64,000 bases of DNA, taken from positions 138,136,001 to 138,200,000 of the forward strand of contig OX597816.1 of assembly GCA_951406725.2 (NCBI GenBank), in the 5' to 3' direction. A program made the position numbers and the translations under genes. The DNA comes from Octopus vulgaris. Lineage: Eukaryota. Positions 1-12,496 of this stretch are shown in pieces. Numbering within the stretch: position 1 is the stretch's first letter; each line of letters opens with the position of its first letter. The notes beneath the pieces are model-generated. The model was given only the letters and a program-made list of their open reading frames with translations. It was not told where the DNA came from and made no database searches.

Positions 1-420
1 AAGAATGTGTGTAAGAGAGTATTGGAAAGTATAAGATGAAATGAAAAAGGGGAAAGAATAAGAAATCAGGAGAGGAAAAAGAAGAGAAGGAGCAGGTGAA
101 GGAGATAAACTGGAGATGGTAAGGCAGAGGTAATAAGAATTGTATGAGTGTATGCGAGTGTAAGAGAGATAGAGGTAGTTGGATAGAGATAGAGAGGGAG
201 AGATAAAGATAGAAATAGAGAGAGAGAAAGAATTCAGGTGATAGAAAGAAAAGACATGAGAAATAAATAGAAGACAAGTGTAGGAGAGAAAGAGAGAAAG
301 AGAGAGGGAGAGAGAGAGAAACACGCAGAGATACCGACAGAGACAGGAAGAGAGTGAGAGAGAAGAGAGATCGAGAAATCGTGACAGGAAAAGAGAGAGG
401 GAGATTGGGTGTGCGAGAAA
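1..420. repeat. GA-rich low-complexity tract
   Basis: Imperfect (AG)n/(AGAT)n purine-rich sequence. Confidence 0.85.
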
Positions 421-874
421 GGAGATGTCAGTGTGTTCAGCTGTCGTGATTACAGACGCCATTACTGTTCTGATCAAAAACCTGCTGTATAAAAGCGACA
501 TCCATCAAAACACACAAGTTAGCAGCCGGATATGCAAATCACTGTCGTGTCTACTGGCTGAATGAACAAATGCTCTGACGGCCGCTTCAAGGTGGCGTTT
601 GTGGTCGATTTGAACTGGTCAAGCGGAACAAGTCGAGAACAAAAATGACAGTAGTTATCAAGCGATAAAATCTAATTCCGTACAAAGCTGTCATGACAGG
701 TAGAGAAGAGTGAGGGCTAGCCAAGGATGACTGGTCTTAGAGTGGTTTAGATCCACCGGGAACAACGTCAGGACCATTATAGCACTATAGAGGAAATGGC
801 GGGAGAGATGAAGTGGAGATTAAGAGAGGAAAAAAGAGGAACATGTGAAAGAGAGAAAGAAACAGAGACAGAAG

Positions 875-999
<125 letters not shown>

Positions 1000-1537
1000 G
1001 GAGAGAGAGAAAGAGGAGGGAAAGAAATGGAAATAGTAAGAAAAGAAATGAAATGGTGGGTGATAAATCGAACAGAATTCCTTCCTTACACAAGTTATTA
1101 TAATATTTAGTTAGTTTATCAAGAGAATTGAATGTCCATGTGTTGTTATGACTGTTCTTCCTAAAGTCATAAAATTTCTGGTCGCTTTCTGCATAATATT
1201 AGCCATATTAAACCGTGTGTGTGTGTGTGTGTGTGTGCACGCGTGTGTGTACATATGCACACACAAACATAAATACGCAGAATACATTCAAACGTACGTA
1301 CATACACGGACGTACCCGCGCGCACACACAAACATACACATGCATATATGCATACGCAAGCTCACATGCACGCTGGCGCGCACATACACGTACGCAATAG
1401 AGTCTAAATCAGACAAAAGGAAGGCAGCTCCGATAACCGACAGAGTCGACATGCATTGACAAGGTTTCAAAAGCAACGAAAATTTTTGGAAGACACACAA
1501 ATGAGTCGGAATTGAACCGGTGAGTGTGTTAGATATT

Positions 1538-1937
1538 GTTTTCTACTCTAGGCACAAGGCCCGAAATTTTTGAGGAAGGGTCCAGTCGATTAGATGGACC
1601 CCAGTACGTAACTTGTTCTTAATTCATCGACCCCCGAAAGGATGAAAAGCAAAGCCGACCTCGGTGGAATTTGAACTCAGAACGTAAATACAGACGGAAT
1701 ACCTATTTCTTTACTACTCACAAGAGGTTAAACACAGAGGAGACAAACAAGGACAGACAAAGAGATTAAGTCGATTACATCGACCCCAGTGCATAACTGG
1801 TACTTAATTTATCGACCCCGAAAGGATGAAAGGCAAAGTCGACCTCAGCGGAATTTGAACCCAGAACGTAGCAGCAGACGAAATACCGCTAAGCGTTACC
1901 GCGCGGCGTGCTAACATTTCTACCAGCTCGCCGCCTT
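1538..1937 (-). mobile_element. tRNA-derived SINE, family A, long form with duplicated middle
   Basis: Minus strand starts AGGCGGCGAGCTGGTAGAA (A-box-like) and has B-box GGTTCAAATTCC. The segment ATCGACCCCGAAAGGATGAAAGGCAAAGTCGACCTC occurs twice. Same layout at 37720-38116. Confidence 0.85.
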
Positions 1938-2269
1938 AATAGGTATTAGATATTAAGGTAATATGATTCTCCCCAGACACAACAAAATATTCTTTCACTT
2001 GTTTCATGTATATGGGCGCGCACACGCAAATACACATGCATACATCTATATGCGTACTTACGCACGCACATAAACTAGTGTGGTCACGCGAAAGGGGTGA
2101 GAGTATGCGGGTAGAGAGGTATGGAGAAGTGTTCAGGATTGGTGATTTGCGGTGCTTTTCATAGGCGTAAATTTGTAACGGCGACCCTGGTGCAGGCGGT
2201 GCTAGGATGGCTTGTACTAAGGAGGTGTGTCCGAGTTGTCGGCGGCCTGTGGCTTGAAATTTACCTGAA

Positions 2270-3706
2270 GGGTGTACCTCCGGTGACAGCAATGTGACAC
2301 CTCATGTTTCTTGTTGATGAATACTGCGGGTTAGTAAATTATATGTAGTTTTTCGTAGAGACACAGCTGGCAATAAGGGGCGCCGAATAAATATGGTGGC
2401 GCCCAGTCGATAACAAACCACTTCATGCTGGATGATTCGTTTCGGAGGTCACGAAATATTCAGAGAAAAGGCTACAGGAATGTGAAGTTCTCTCTGTCCC
2501 TAAAACTAAATGAATGCAGGCGCTAGGGATGCCATCGGATAGGTTAAGGCTGGTTTTGTATACTACAGCCCTTGAGAGACAGCATCCGCCTAGATGGTAG
2601 GTGGTAGGATACTGGAAGTTGCAGGTTGAAGTTGGGTTGGGGTTTGTGTGGCTGCGTTTTTACGTTTATTGATACGTGCAATATTAGATGCGATGTTGTC
2701 TAAGAAGGAATAGTTATCTTGACATTATGGGGGATTGAAGTGTTTGCAATGCTTATGGCCACGGGGAAAATATTTCTTTATTAACGACAGGTAGCCCCTG
2801 GCTATGTTGGTTCAAAACTTCTATGCCAAATGGAGTTAGTTATACCAGATTATTTTCCTTTTCCATTAAAGGAACGAGGAGGTGGTTGGGTTCGTCCACA
2901 TAAGCTTCTCAGGAAATCCGCTCCTAGCCAAATCATCGTTGTAGTGGGAAGTGGCTCAGTTAAAGATCTCCATATTGGTTGAGAGTTTAGATATCTGTTT
3001 GCTAATGCCTGAAGCCAGGTTTCTAATTACAGTGAGGAATGGCTGCGCTGTTGTGTTTATATACTGTTTCTTCAGCAGGCTTCCTGTAAGGGTAGTATTC
3101 ACCCGTATTCGGGTCTAAGGTTACGTCCAAGAAATCGACTGTAGTCAGGTTGGTAATATCCTTTACGGACTAGGCGAACTCTGAGTATTTTTATCGAGAC
3201 CTTCCTGAAAGACGTGGCCTTTCGTGTGGCTTGAGATAGCCAGGCCATTGTTTCTATAGAGTGCCGAACTATGTGGATGGGTATGCCTCTTGAGAGTATC
3301 CAAAATCTATAACCCGACGAGGTCGGCGATTTCAGCCTCATCAAGACTCCTCATAGAAACATCAAACAATGGATCACCTTCTTTCTTCACCCAAAAGAGA
3401 TCGTCAGGGACCAGAATTTACTACCTAGCATTCATGATGATTCTGATATCAAGATCACTAATGCTGGTAAACTGTTGAGCAAAAGCTAGGGCCTTCAGGA
3501 GGAGGGGCTTAGATATGGAAGGGTAGAAGTCAACAATGTCGAACTGGGTGAATTTGCCGGCTGATTTATTCTTAATACCGAGGAACCAGTCTATTGCAGC
3601 TGCGCTGGAATTCTATTGAGTCAATCCTGTAGACTCCTGTAGAGTTAATATTGTCGAGAATATTCTTGCTAAAAATACGTATCTCGCTTTTAAAGAGGTT
3701 GATCAG
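2270..3706 (-). mobile_element. Degenerate Penelope-like element, Naiad-type RT plus GIY-YIG
   Basis: Hand translation: AAIDWFLGIKNKSAGKFTQFDIVDFYPSISKPLLLKALAFA; RKIIWYN; KKYFPRGHKH; TCNFQYPTTYHLGGCCLSRAVVYK; YCQLCLYE; NKKHEVSHCCH. Many stops and frameshifts. Confidence 0.8.
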
Positions 3707-3732
3707 CCTGCATTTGCAGTTGGAATGGAAAG

Positions 3733-3894
3733 ACCGCGAGTTGGCAGAATCGTTACCACGCCGAGCAAAAGGCTTAGCGTAGTTTGTCTGTTTTCCCGTT
3801 CTGAGATCAAATTCCGCCGAGGTCGACTTTGCCTTTCACTTTTTCGGGGTCGATCTAATCGACTGGCCCCTCCCCCCAAATTTTGGGCCTTGTG
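3733..3894 (+). mobile_element. SINE family A, short form
   Basis: GCGAGTTGGCAGAATCGTTA...AAATTCCGCCGAGGTCGACTTTGCC...GGCCTTGTG. Confidence 0.8.
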
Positions 3895-4022
3895 TGTGTA
3901 CATATATATATATAAATGTATATATATACATTTATATATATATATATAAATGTATATATATAGACATAAACCAAATCATAAATAAAATATATAATATATT
4001 TTTTTAAAACATATATAACTAA

Positions 4023-4096
4023 ATCACAAAAAGTACAAATATGAATAAACAATATATAATTATATATTGTTTATTCATATTTGTACTTTTTGTGAT
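4023..4096. repeat. Perfect 74-bp palindrome
   Basis: 37-bp arm ATCACAAAAAGTACAAATATGAATAAACAATATATAA followed directly by its reverse complement. Confidence 0.95.
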
Positions 4097-6189
4097 CTGT
4101 AATATAGATGTATACAAGTGTAAACATTTTCTCTTGACACAAGACTATTTTCTTCTGGGAGTGATTCTATCACGAATTAGCAGCACTATTTGACCTCTTT
4201 AACAGCTAATTATTTAATGAAAACCACATTCAGCGGTAATAAAATCTACTCAGACTGGAGTTCAGTTATTGATGTAGTGAAATAGTAAATAAAACTGTAT
4301 AGTGTCTTTTATATTCTCGTTTGTCCAGTATATTCTTGTCTGCACAAAATCACTATTCTACACTAACAAGATGTATAATTATCTCTATATTATATGTAGT
4401 AACCTGATTTTCTATTTCTTTCAAGGTTTTGGTGGATATTGGAATATTGGCGATCCTTCAAACTGTAAGACCTGGAGTGAATTCTCTTATTTCTACAGAT
4501 CTCTTGTAACTGTAACAAATGTTTTCGTATTTTAGCAGTGAAAATACTCACGTTGGTATTTGTTAAAAAAAAATGTCGAAAATCATTTCCTGAAATAAAA
4601 TCAATGAATGAAAGAATAGTTTCTAATCTAAATAAGTTATTTACTTTAGAGAAAGAGCCAAAATTCTTCAGTTACATCTTTCCTCTCCATCTGACGAATA
4701 GATTCCATTGTTTTTATGAGGTTTGCTTCGATAAAGAATGACTGCAACTCTCATCATTCGTCTCTCATGCAGATATTTATGGTTTCGTGATAGTGTGCCA
4801 TCACGATAAATCTGTCTCTAAGCAGCCTTCGATGAACGAAACTATGCTTCTGTGAGCTTTAACGAGATGATAGGTGCTCCTTTGCTTCTTCTCTTGAATT
4901 GATAGCTACACTTTGACTCGGCAGATGATAGATGTGGTGTTTCAAACACAAATGTGAGAATACCATGGTGGCTTGTAAATGCTATTCGAATCTTATCTAA
5001 ATGTTATATTATCAGGTAATTCGGCCATTCTTTCTGTAGAATTTCCTTGTTGACTTCTTCATATGAAAGCTGACACACTAAAACATTAACAAGGGTAATT
5101 GTACCTTAATCTAAAGGATCAGGTTTCGTTGTGGAGAGTGAGTTAGAGGCCTGTAACTTCAATATTCAAAACTGCAATTTAACATTATTTATTGTCAATG
5201 GAAATACCTAAATATTCTGTACATACAATTCTGTAAACGTACACAAATACACATATACATATGCATATATATACTCGTTTGAGATTGTGTGTGTGTGTGT
5301 CTGCGTGCGTGAATGTGCGCAAGTGTGCGTTTGTGTGTGTGCATGTGTATGTTTGTATGTGCGTGTGTGTGTGTATATATGACTCCTGTGTATATGTGCG
5401 TGTTTAATACACTACGTGTTTATATTTACGTTTCCAGATGCGTTTATATTTTCCACCGGAGAAAAATATTTTCTTGAGTTAAAATATATCATATCATTTA
5501 AACACAAATCCAAATTTCTTTTTCCTTTTTCTTTTTTGCTTATGGTATGGCCCATAATCCATTCGACTGAAGAATTATAGCATTTATCTAGAGCAAAGCA
5601 ACTGAGTTCCATTCTTGTCCAATCTACAATTGCGGCGGAATTTGAACTCAGCATTTCAAGATAACATCATATCAGCATACCTCAACTTATGTCGATATTT
5701 GATTTCAAAACATGCGACTTAACTCAAGTAACGACGTAACACAAAAGAAAAAAGTCATTTGAATAAATTTCTTAGCTATTAGCTGTTTTAATAAATGATC
5801 TGTTCACATTTTCACATGTATTTTGTCTGATTTTCCATTTCAGCATTTTTTTTATGCATGTTTTTTAAAAAATTTTCTATATTTTACAATATTCTCGTTG
5901 AGACCGACATGAAGTCGAAACAGATGTAACGTATGGATATCTGTATTTGTAAATTATTAACAGATTGAGTTATTTATTCCATTAGATACATATCATTGCG
6001 GTATCTACCAATAGCTACATAGACTGAGCCATTCGATATTCAGTGCTTACCACTAGTGAGAGTATAGCGACCAACAGATATTTTGAATGGTAGTTGTACA
6101 CTAACTAGGATTCTCACTTTCTGTTTTTTTTTTTGTTTGTTTTTCAAATCCACTGAGCGTATAGAAACATTGACAGTTATATTAACGTG

Positions 6190-6882
6190 ATAAATTTATA
6201 AGTTATTGGAATTACTAGACAGTTTATAATGTATTCTTGACAAGGAACTCAAAGCTCTAGCTAGAAAATTCAGGATAATGCGCTAGGTGTGGTAGAACTT
6301 CCAGCCGGAGGACTTCAGTAATATTTTGGTCAAATTAGCAACATAAGAGCAAGCGTTGTTGTGCTAGTTTGGACCTTATCCATCGAATTAAGTTGACGGG
6401 CTAAGGTTTCATGAAAGCATCCTATCTGCTAGGTCACTTCCCTTGTGGATGTGGAGCGGATCCTCGTAGATGAGAACGTGCAATCGATTCTCATTGAACT
6501 GAGCAGGTCGACCGGAACGTAGAAAGTTTGTGAGGTCGAAGTTGTCCTCGTTGAAGCAGGAAAGCAATTTCTGTGCGGTTCTCTCTGTAATAACATGTTT
6601 TTCATACACAGCACAAATATCTCGAGCGGCTTTGACAGCTTTGGAAGCTTAACTGGTCATTTTTGCTACCTAGCACTCCATCATTATATCGCAGAAAAGT
6701 AAAATTTATTTAAATTTCAAAAATGACGAACATAAATTGCATAGAAAGAATAGTGCTAAAAAAGTTGAAAGACATAAGACACTACGATAAAAATAATTTT
6801 CATATTAATTCGATTAACATTGGAAAGATTTAAAATAATAATTGTAGAAAAAAAACGAACAAATTTATGTGACAGACCAATA
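6190..6882 (-). mobile_element. Degenerate mariner, 5' part
   Basis: Translation AARDICAVYEKHVITERTAQK...NFDLTNFLRSGRPAQF matches the mariner HTH and GRP region. TIR-like end ...GTGACAGACCAATA. Confidence 0.7.
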
Positions 6883-7095
6883 ATATAATTACTAACGTTC
6901 CTTTGCCTTCTGAATTCAAACCTTGTCTGTGTCAAGTTGACCTTTCAACTTCCTAGTGATAATAAAAAAAGTACCAGTCATATACTGCGAAGGAATTGAT
7001 CTTGCTGCTCCCTTCCTCCGATCTGAGTGGTTGTACTTGGATAGGAAATCAATAATGTTACGTCAACACCGCCACTATCACCACAACAACGTTTA

Positions 7096-7197
7096 CCACG
7101 TCTACTTTCACTTCCAACGGGCCACGTCTGCTTTCACTTCCAACGGACCACGTCTACTTTCACTTCCAAAGGGCTACGTCTACTTTCACTTCCAAAC
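7096..7197. repeat. 26-bp minisatellite, about 4 copies
   Basis: CCACGTCTACTTTCACTTCCAACGGG and variants in tandem. Confidence 0.9.
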
Positions 7198-7629
7198 GTA
7201 CTCTATTGAAAGCGATGGTGTTTTTTGAAGGAGAGGTGGATGCTATATTTTTTAGTAGGCCAAGCTATCCCTTTATTTATCTCTATCTCTATCGCCCTAT
7301 TCATATTCTCTATCCATTTGTTGTTCCCTTCTCCCTTCCTTCTCATACTTAACCTTATATTCTGCTCTCCATTACATTCAATCACCAATTCTTTCTTTTC
7401 TTTTCCTTCTCTCCCCTCTCTCTTATACATGTTTCTTCATCTCTCTTCTTTTATAAAAATCTTCCTTATCGCTTTGTTCTCCACTCACCGCTCTTCATTT
7501 CCATAACACACAATTTCTCTTGCTCTTCTACTCTACGCCTACCTCATCGCTTCCCCACCTCTTTTATACATCCACCTTCGCCGTTAATTCGAATTGACAC
7601 GACCTGCCAGACTTTGATGGTAGACCAAT

Positions 7630-7735
7630 ACCTCCACCACCACCACCACCACCACCACCACCACCACCATCACCACCACCACCACCACCACCACCACCAA
7701 AACTACCATCACCATAACTACTACTACCACTTCAA

Positions 7736-7823
<88 letters not shown>

Positions 7824-8160
7824 TTGATGATGATGATGACGACGACGATAATTACCTTTACCCGTAGCATCACGATTGCAGCTGAAAACACCCCCGCCGT
7901 CAATACCACAACCATCACGAGCACCAACACTATTATCATCACCACCACCACCACCACCGAAATGTACATCACTACTTCTAGACATTTCATCATCATCATC
8001 ATCATCATAAATAACAACAACAACAAAAACAACGAAAACATTATCATCATCGTCATCATCAATATCGTCACCTTCAACAATCTCATCATCATCATCAGCA
8101 TCAGCATCAGCATCATCATTACTGTCATCATCATCATCGTCGTCGTCGTCATCGTCATCT
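7630..8160. repeat. Compound trinucleotide microsatellite (CAC/AAT/GAT/CAT)
   Basis: Directly visible. The homopolymer ORFs here are artefacts. Confidence 0.95.
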
Positions 8161-8394
8161 CCAAGGCATATAACATTGCGAATAAATTCAATCTCCGAAA
8201 CGACATTTTAACGTTGTCTTGTAACCTGGTCGCTGACCGTTCTAAAAGTAGTAACTACATTTCACTCAAATAATACTTTGATTACATGTAAGCATGTTCA
8301 GTGATTCCCTTGCGCAAAACAACAACAAACTGCCACAACATAAAACAACAACATAAAACAACAACAACTATTACTTCTGCTACTGCTGCTACTG

Positions 8395-8444
<50 letters not shown>

Positions 8445-8469
8445 GCTACTTTTTTATCGCTATGACTGA

Positions 8470-8646
8470 ACCCGGGAGCCATGTGGATAGGAGGGAAACT
8501 TCTTAGCACACAGCCACAAATTCCGCCGACTTCACCTGTCATCCTTTTGGGGTCGATAAATTAAGTACCAGCAAAACACTGGGGTCGATATAATAAGCTA
8601 GTCTCCTCCCACCAAATTTCAGCCCTTGTGCCCTATAGTATAAAGG

Positions 8647-8710
<64 letters not shown>
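8470..8710 (+). mobile_element. SINE family A, partial, with (ATT)n tail
   Basis: GGGGTCGATAAATTAAGTACCAG...CCTTGTGCCCTATAGTATAAAGGATTATTATT. Confidence 0.75.
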
Positions 8711-10539
8711 GTTTTTGTTGTTGTAGTAATATTGTATTTGTTGTCGATGTTGTTGTTATTACTGCTTCTGCTGCTGTTATTGTCACTGTTGTTTAACCTG
8801 AGGTCGGTACTAAACCACACTAACGCTGTGTTCCTCAGTCATCATGACAAACTCTTCACTGCCAGCAATCCAATCGTCTCTACAACATAACCATCCACAG
8901 TACCATTACTATGACTACCGACCGCCACCCACTGCCACTCACTCTAGCATTAGTATACCAACACCACCACCACCACCAACAACAACAACAATAACAACAA
9001 CAACAACACTACAACCGCAACCACAATCGCACAAACATCACCAGCAAGGTGCTACTATAATCTTCGCAACAAACAACTACATACATACTCAACGTTGGCG
9101 CTACAAAGACCACGCCGGTTCTTCTAGCAGCACTTGAACGAAAAAGAAAACAGGGCAAAAATGAAATTTATAATTCAAATACTTTTTACAAACCCCACTA
9201 CTCCACCTTAACCAATTCATACTCTCACTTTACTTCCATTTCTCCTCCGCCTCCTCCTCTCATTTTTATATCTACCGCTTCTCTTACTTTGCCATCTACT
9301 CACCAACCTCTAACTAACCTATACGAACCTCATCCCCAACATACCCGTTTTGCCTTTTTTTAAAACCATTTTCACCTTTCTTCCTTCTTCAGCTTCTTTC
9401 CCTCCTCGTTGCCTTCTTGCTTTCTTTTCTTCTTTCTCCTCTTTGTTTTCTTTCTTTCTACCATGTTTTTATTTTCCACTCTGTTTTGTTTTTGTTCTTT
9501 CGCTTCTCTGTTTTATTTCTTTCGTTTTTTACACTTTTCCCCCTTTATTCATTTCACTCTTTTTTTACTCCTGTCTTCCAGTACCTTTCCGTTGTCTCCA
9601 CCCATCCACCTTCATCTTTCACCCACGCCTTCTCTCTTTCCTACTTATCCATTCCCATCTCTCTCTTCTTTCCTTCCTTCCAACTGTCCTCCTATCCACT
9701 GCCCCGTCTCATCTGCAGCTAACATTCTACTTCAATATCCTATGTTTTTCTCTATCCATTAGTGCAGTCAAGGAAGAAAGATTATTGCTGTTGACGTAAA
9801 AACAACGGGAATGAACTTCTGACAACTGAGGCATCTAGCCCGACCACACCTAACCCTTTATTTCACACCGTTTCTTTCATTCCATCCTATTTTCTCTTTC
9901 TTTCAATGCCCGCCCTCTTTCAAAACGCCGACCCCATGACCCCGGGACGATATTACTCAACTGACTTCTTAACTAAAAGGTCCTGACAAACTTCACGGAA
10001 ATCTGATGTCATTAGCAAACTAGACTTTACACATTTCTCTCCTTCCACCCAGGCATCGGCTTATAAAAAATAAGTGAATAATTTCATAACTAAATAATCG
10101 AAATAAATGAAGACAACAAGAAAGATGCATGATAAGAAGCCATAAAAAAAAAACGCCTCCTTACCTATTTGATTTTTGTATCTTCCCTGAAGTCTCCGTT
10201 GTCGCGTATGCGAAAGTGATACACTGTAGGAGCATGAGATTTCTTTAAACTTTGACTTATATGCATCGCGAGATACATAAGTACCTCAAATTAGGTATAG
10301 TTCTCATATAGTTATTACTATAAACTGCACCTCTCAATAGCTTGTTTGCTTATATCTCATCACGGCACACATTTTTTTTTTTTTTTGATACAGGATTCAT
10401 ACCTTTTTCATTCTGTCAGTTCGCAATTAGATGTGATTCATTCACAGTCAAGACATAACAGCTCAAAACTTAATTCAGGGAAAATCCTGATGCGAACGAA
10501 ACTGTTAATGAAATTTCGGAGAATATGATTTATAACACG

Positions 10540-10740
10540 CATGACCTAGTGCTTAAGGTGTTGCACTCACGATCTCACGATCGCGGTTTCAGTTCCCAAA
10601 CCAGGTGGTGCGATGTGTTCTTGGGCAAAACACTTCATCTCACGTTGATCTGTGATCATTTCAACATCTGACGTATGGGGCACACTTGTGCGCTTGTTTA
10701 GACAACGTCGATTTGTCGAAGGGAGTGAGCTATTGTATAG
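10540..10740 (+). mobile_element. CORE-type tRNA SINE (family C), diverged
   Basis: GCATGACCTAGTGCTTAAGG head and GTTCTTGGGCAAAACACTT core. Confidence 0.6.
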
Positions 10741-10741
10741 G

Positions 10742-10935
10742 ACATATCGTCAGCCACTAAATGATATGGTCAACTGGTTAAGATCAAACAACTGACAAGC
10801 AAATCTGTGGTACTGAGCAGAATATTTGCTGTAGCCCATCTTTTATACCAAGACAAAATAACGTACATGATAACACTTCCAATCAGTTAAAATCAGTAGC
10901 CATGAGAGCCACTGTCTGGTACTGCATCAGGGCAT
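10742..10935. mobile_element. Partial copy of the ~560-bp TAA-associated element
   Basis: High identity to 12245-12437 (CATATCGTCAGCCACTAA...GTACTGCATCAGGGCAT). Confidence 0.85.
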
Positions 10936-10939
10936 AAAA

Positions 10940-11270
10940 AACATAAAGACAGACGAAATACCATTAAGCATTTTGCCCGACGCGCTAACGTTTTTGCCAG
11001 CTCGCTGCCTTAGAAAACATAAAGACAGACGAAATACCTATTTCTTTACTACCCACACGGGGCTATACACAGAGAGGACAAACAAGGACAGACAAACAGA
11101 TTAAGTGGATTATATCTACCCCAGTGCGTAACTGGCACTTATTTAATCGACCCCGAAAGGATGAAAGGCAAAGCCGACCTTGGCGGAATTTGAACTAAGA
11201 ACGTAGCGGCCGACGAACTACCGCTAAGCATTTCGCCCGGCGTGCTAACGATTCTGCCAGCTCGCCGCCT
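10940..11270 (-). mobile_element. SINE family A copies
   Basis: Ends GCTAACGATTCTGCCAGCTCGCCGCCT on the + strand. Confidence 0.85.
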
Positions 11271-11320
11271 CATTATTATTATTATTATCATTATTATTAT
11301 CATTATTATTATTATTATTA

Positions 11321-11406
<86 letters not shown>

Positions 11407-11427
11407 GTTGTTATTATTATTATTATT

Positions 11428-11820
11428 CAGTAGTTTTATCTTTATAGCGTGCTTTCACTTCACTACCGAGCGCAGCTCTGCGTGCCTTGGGTATGTGCTC
11501 TGATTTGTTGTGATGCTCTGATGGTTATTGTATGGAAAATGTTCTGCGTAGGATGTGTGCAGTGCCTAGTAGTGCAATTTTCTGTATGTTATATGTGTTT
11601 GTAAGTCCTGGTGTTTTTGTTATGTATTTGTCTGAATATTTTTTTATCATGCCTAATGCACCGACTATGATAGGAATTGTTTCTGTTTTTAGATTCCACA
11701 TTCTGGTTACCTCTATTTCCAGGTCTTTGTATTTTGAAAGTTTCTCCATTTCTTTTAGAGACACGTTGTCATCTGCCGGTATTGATACATCAATTAGAAA
11801 GCATTTTTTTCTTCATGATC

Positions 11821-11821
<1 letters not shown>
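11428..11821 (-). mobile_element. R4/Dong-type non-LTR retrotransposon, 3' fragment
   Basis: CFLIDVSIPADDNVSLKEMEKLSKYKDLEIEVTRMWNLKTETIPIIVGALG is the RLE endonuclease C-terminus. Flanked by (TTA)n. Confidence 0.9.
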
Positions 11822-11881
<60 letters not shown>

Positions 11882-12435
11882 GAGTGAGAGAGCAGTTCAT
11901 GCCATCAAAGTGACACTGGGGTAAAATATATGAAGCCCAATATACCCATCATGACTACCCGTCTGATAAAAGTACACCAGGCACATGCATCACAACCATA
12001 TGTGCGCGACATGGTGATCTCATATCAAGATAAACAGCACATGACCTTGCAGGTGGGGCCCAGTTAGAATTTTCTTCAGGTTGAGTAGCCCATCCCGCTC
12101 AAAAGGTCCCTGAATAAGGGTTGTTTAAGGATGTTGAAAGAACCACCCATGTTTCCAGAGGTGAATTATTCAAACCCCAAAGAATCCCTCTCAACACATG
12201 GCTATGATGCTCCCCCACTACTTCTGCTCGTGATCAGAGATGCACATATCGTCAGCCACTAAGGGACATGCTCAACTGGTTAAGGTCAAATAACTGACAA
12301 GCAAATCTGTGGTATTGAGCAGAATGTTTGCTGTAGCCCATCTTTTATACCAAGACAAAACAATGTACATGATAACACTTCCAATCAGTTAAGATCAGAA
12401 GCCATGAGAGCCACTGCCTGGTACTGCATCAGGGC

Positions 12436-12438
<3 letters not shown>
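11882..12438. mobile_element. ~560-bp non-coding interspersed element inside (TTA)n
   Basis: Sharp boundaries in the microsatellite, partial second copy at 10742-10935, no ORF and no tRNA boxes. Confidence 0.7.

Positions 12439-12496
<58 letters not shown>

Noticed and set aside
718-732. TAGCCAAGGATGACT matches the 5' 15 nt of plant miR169 as I recall it
   Set aside because: Animal context, the 3' part diverges and there is no precursor hairpin. Chance match.
7096-7197. CRISPR-like repeat
   Set aside because: No unique spacers, no cas genes, eukaryotic DNA.
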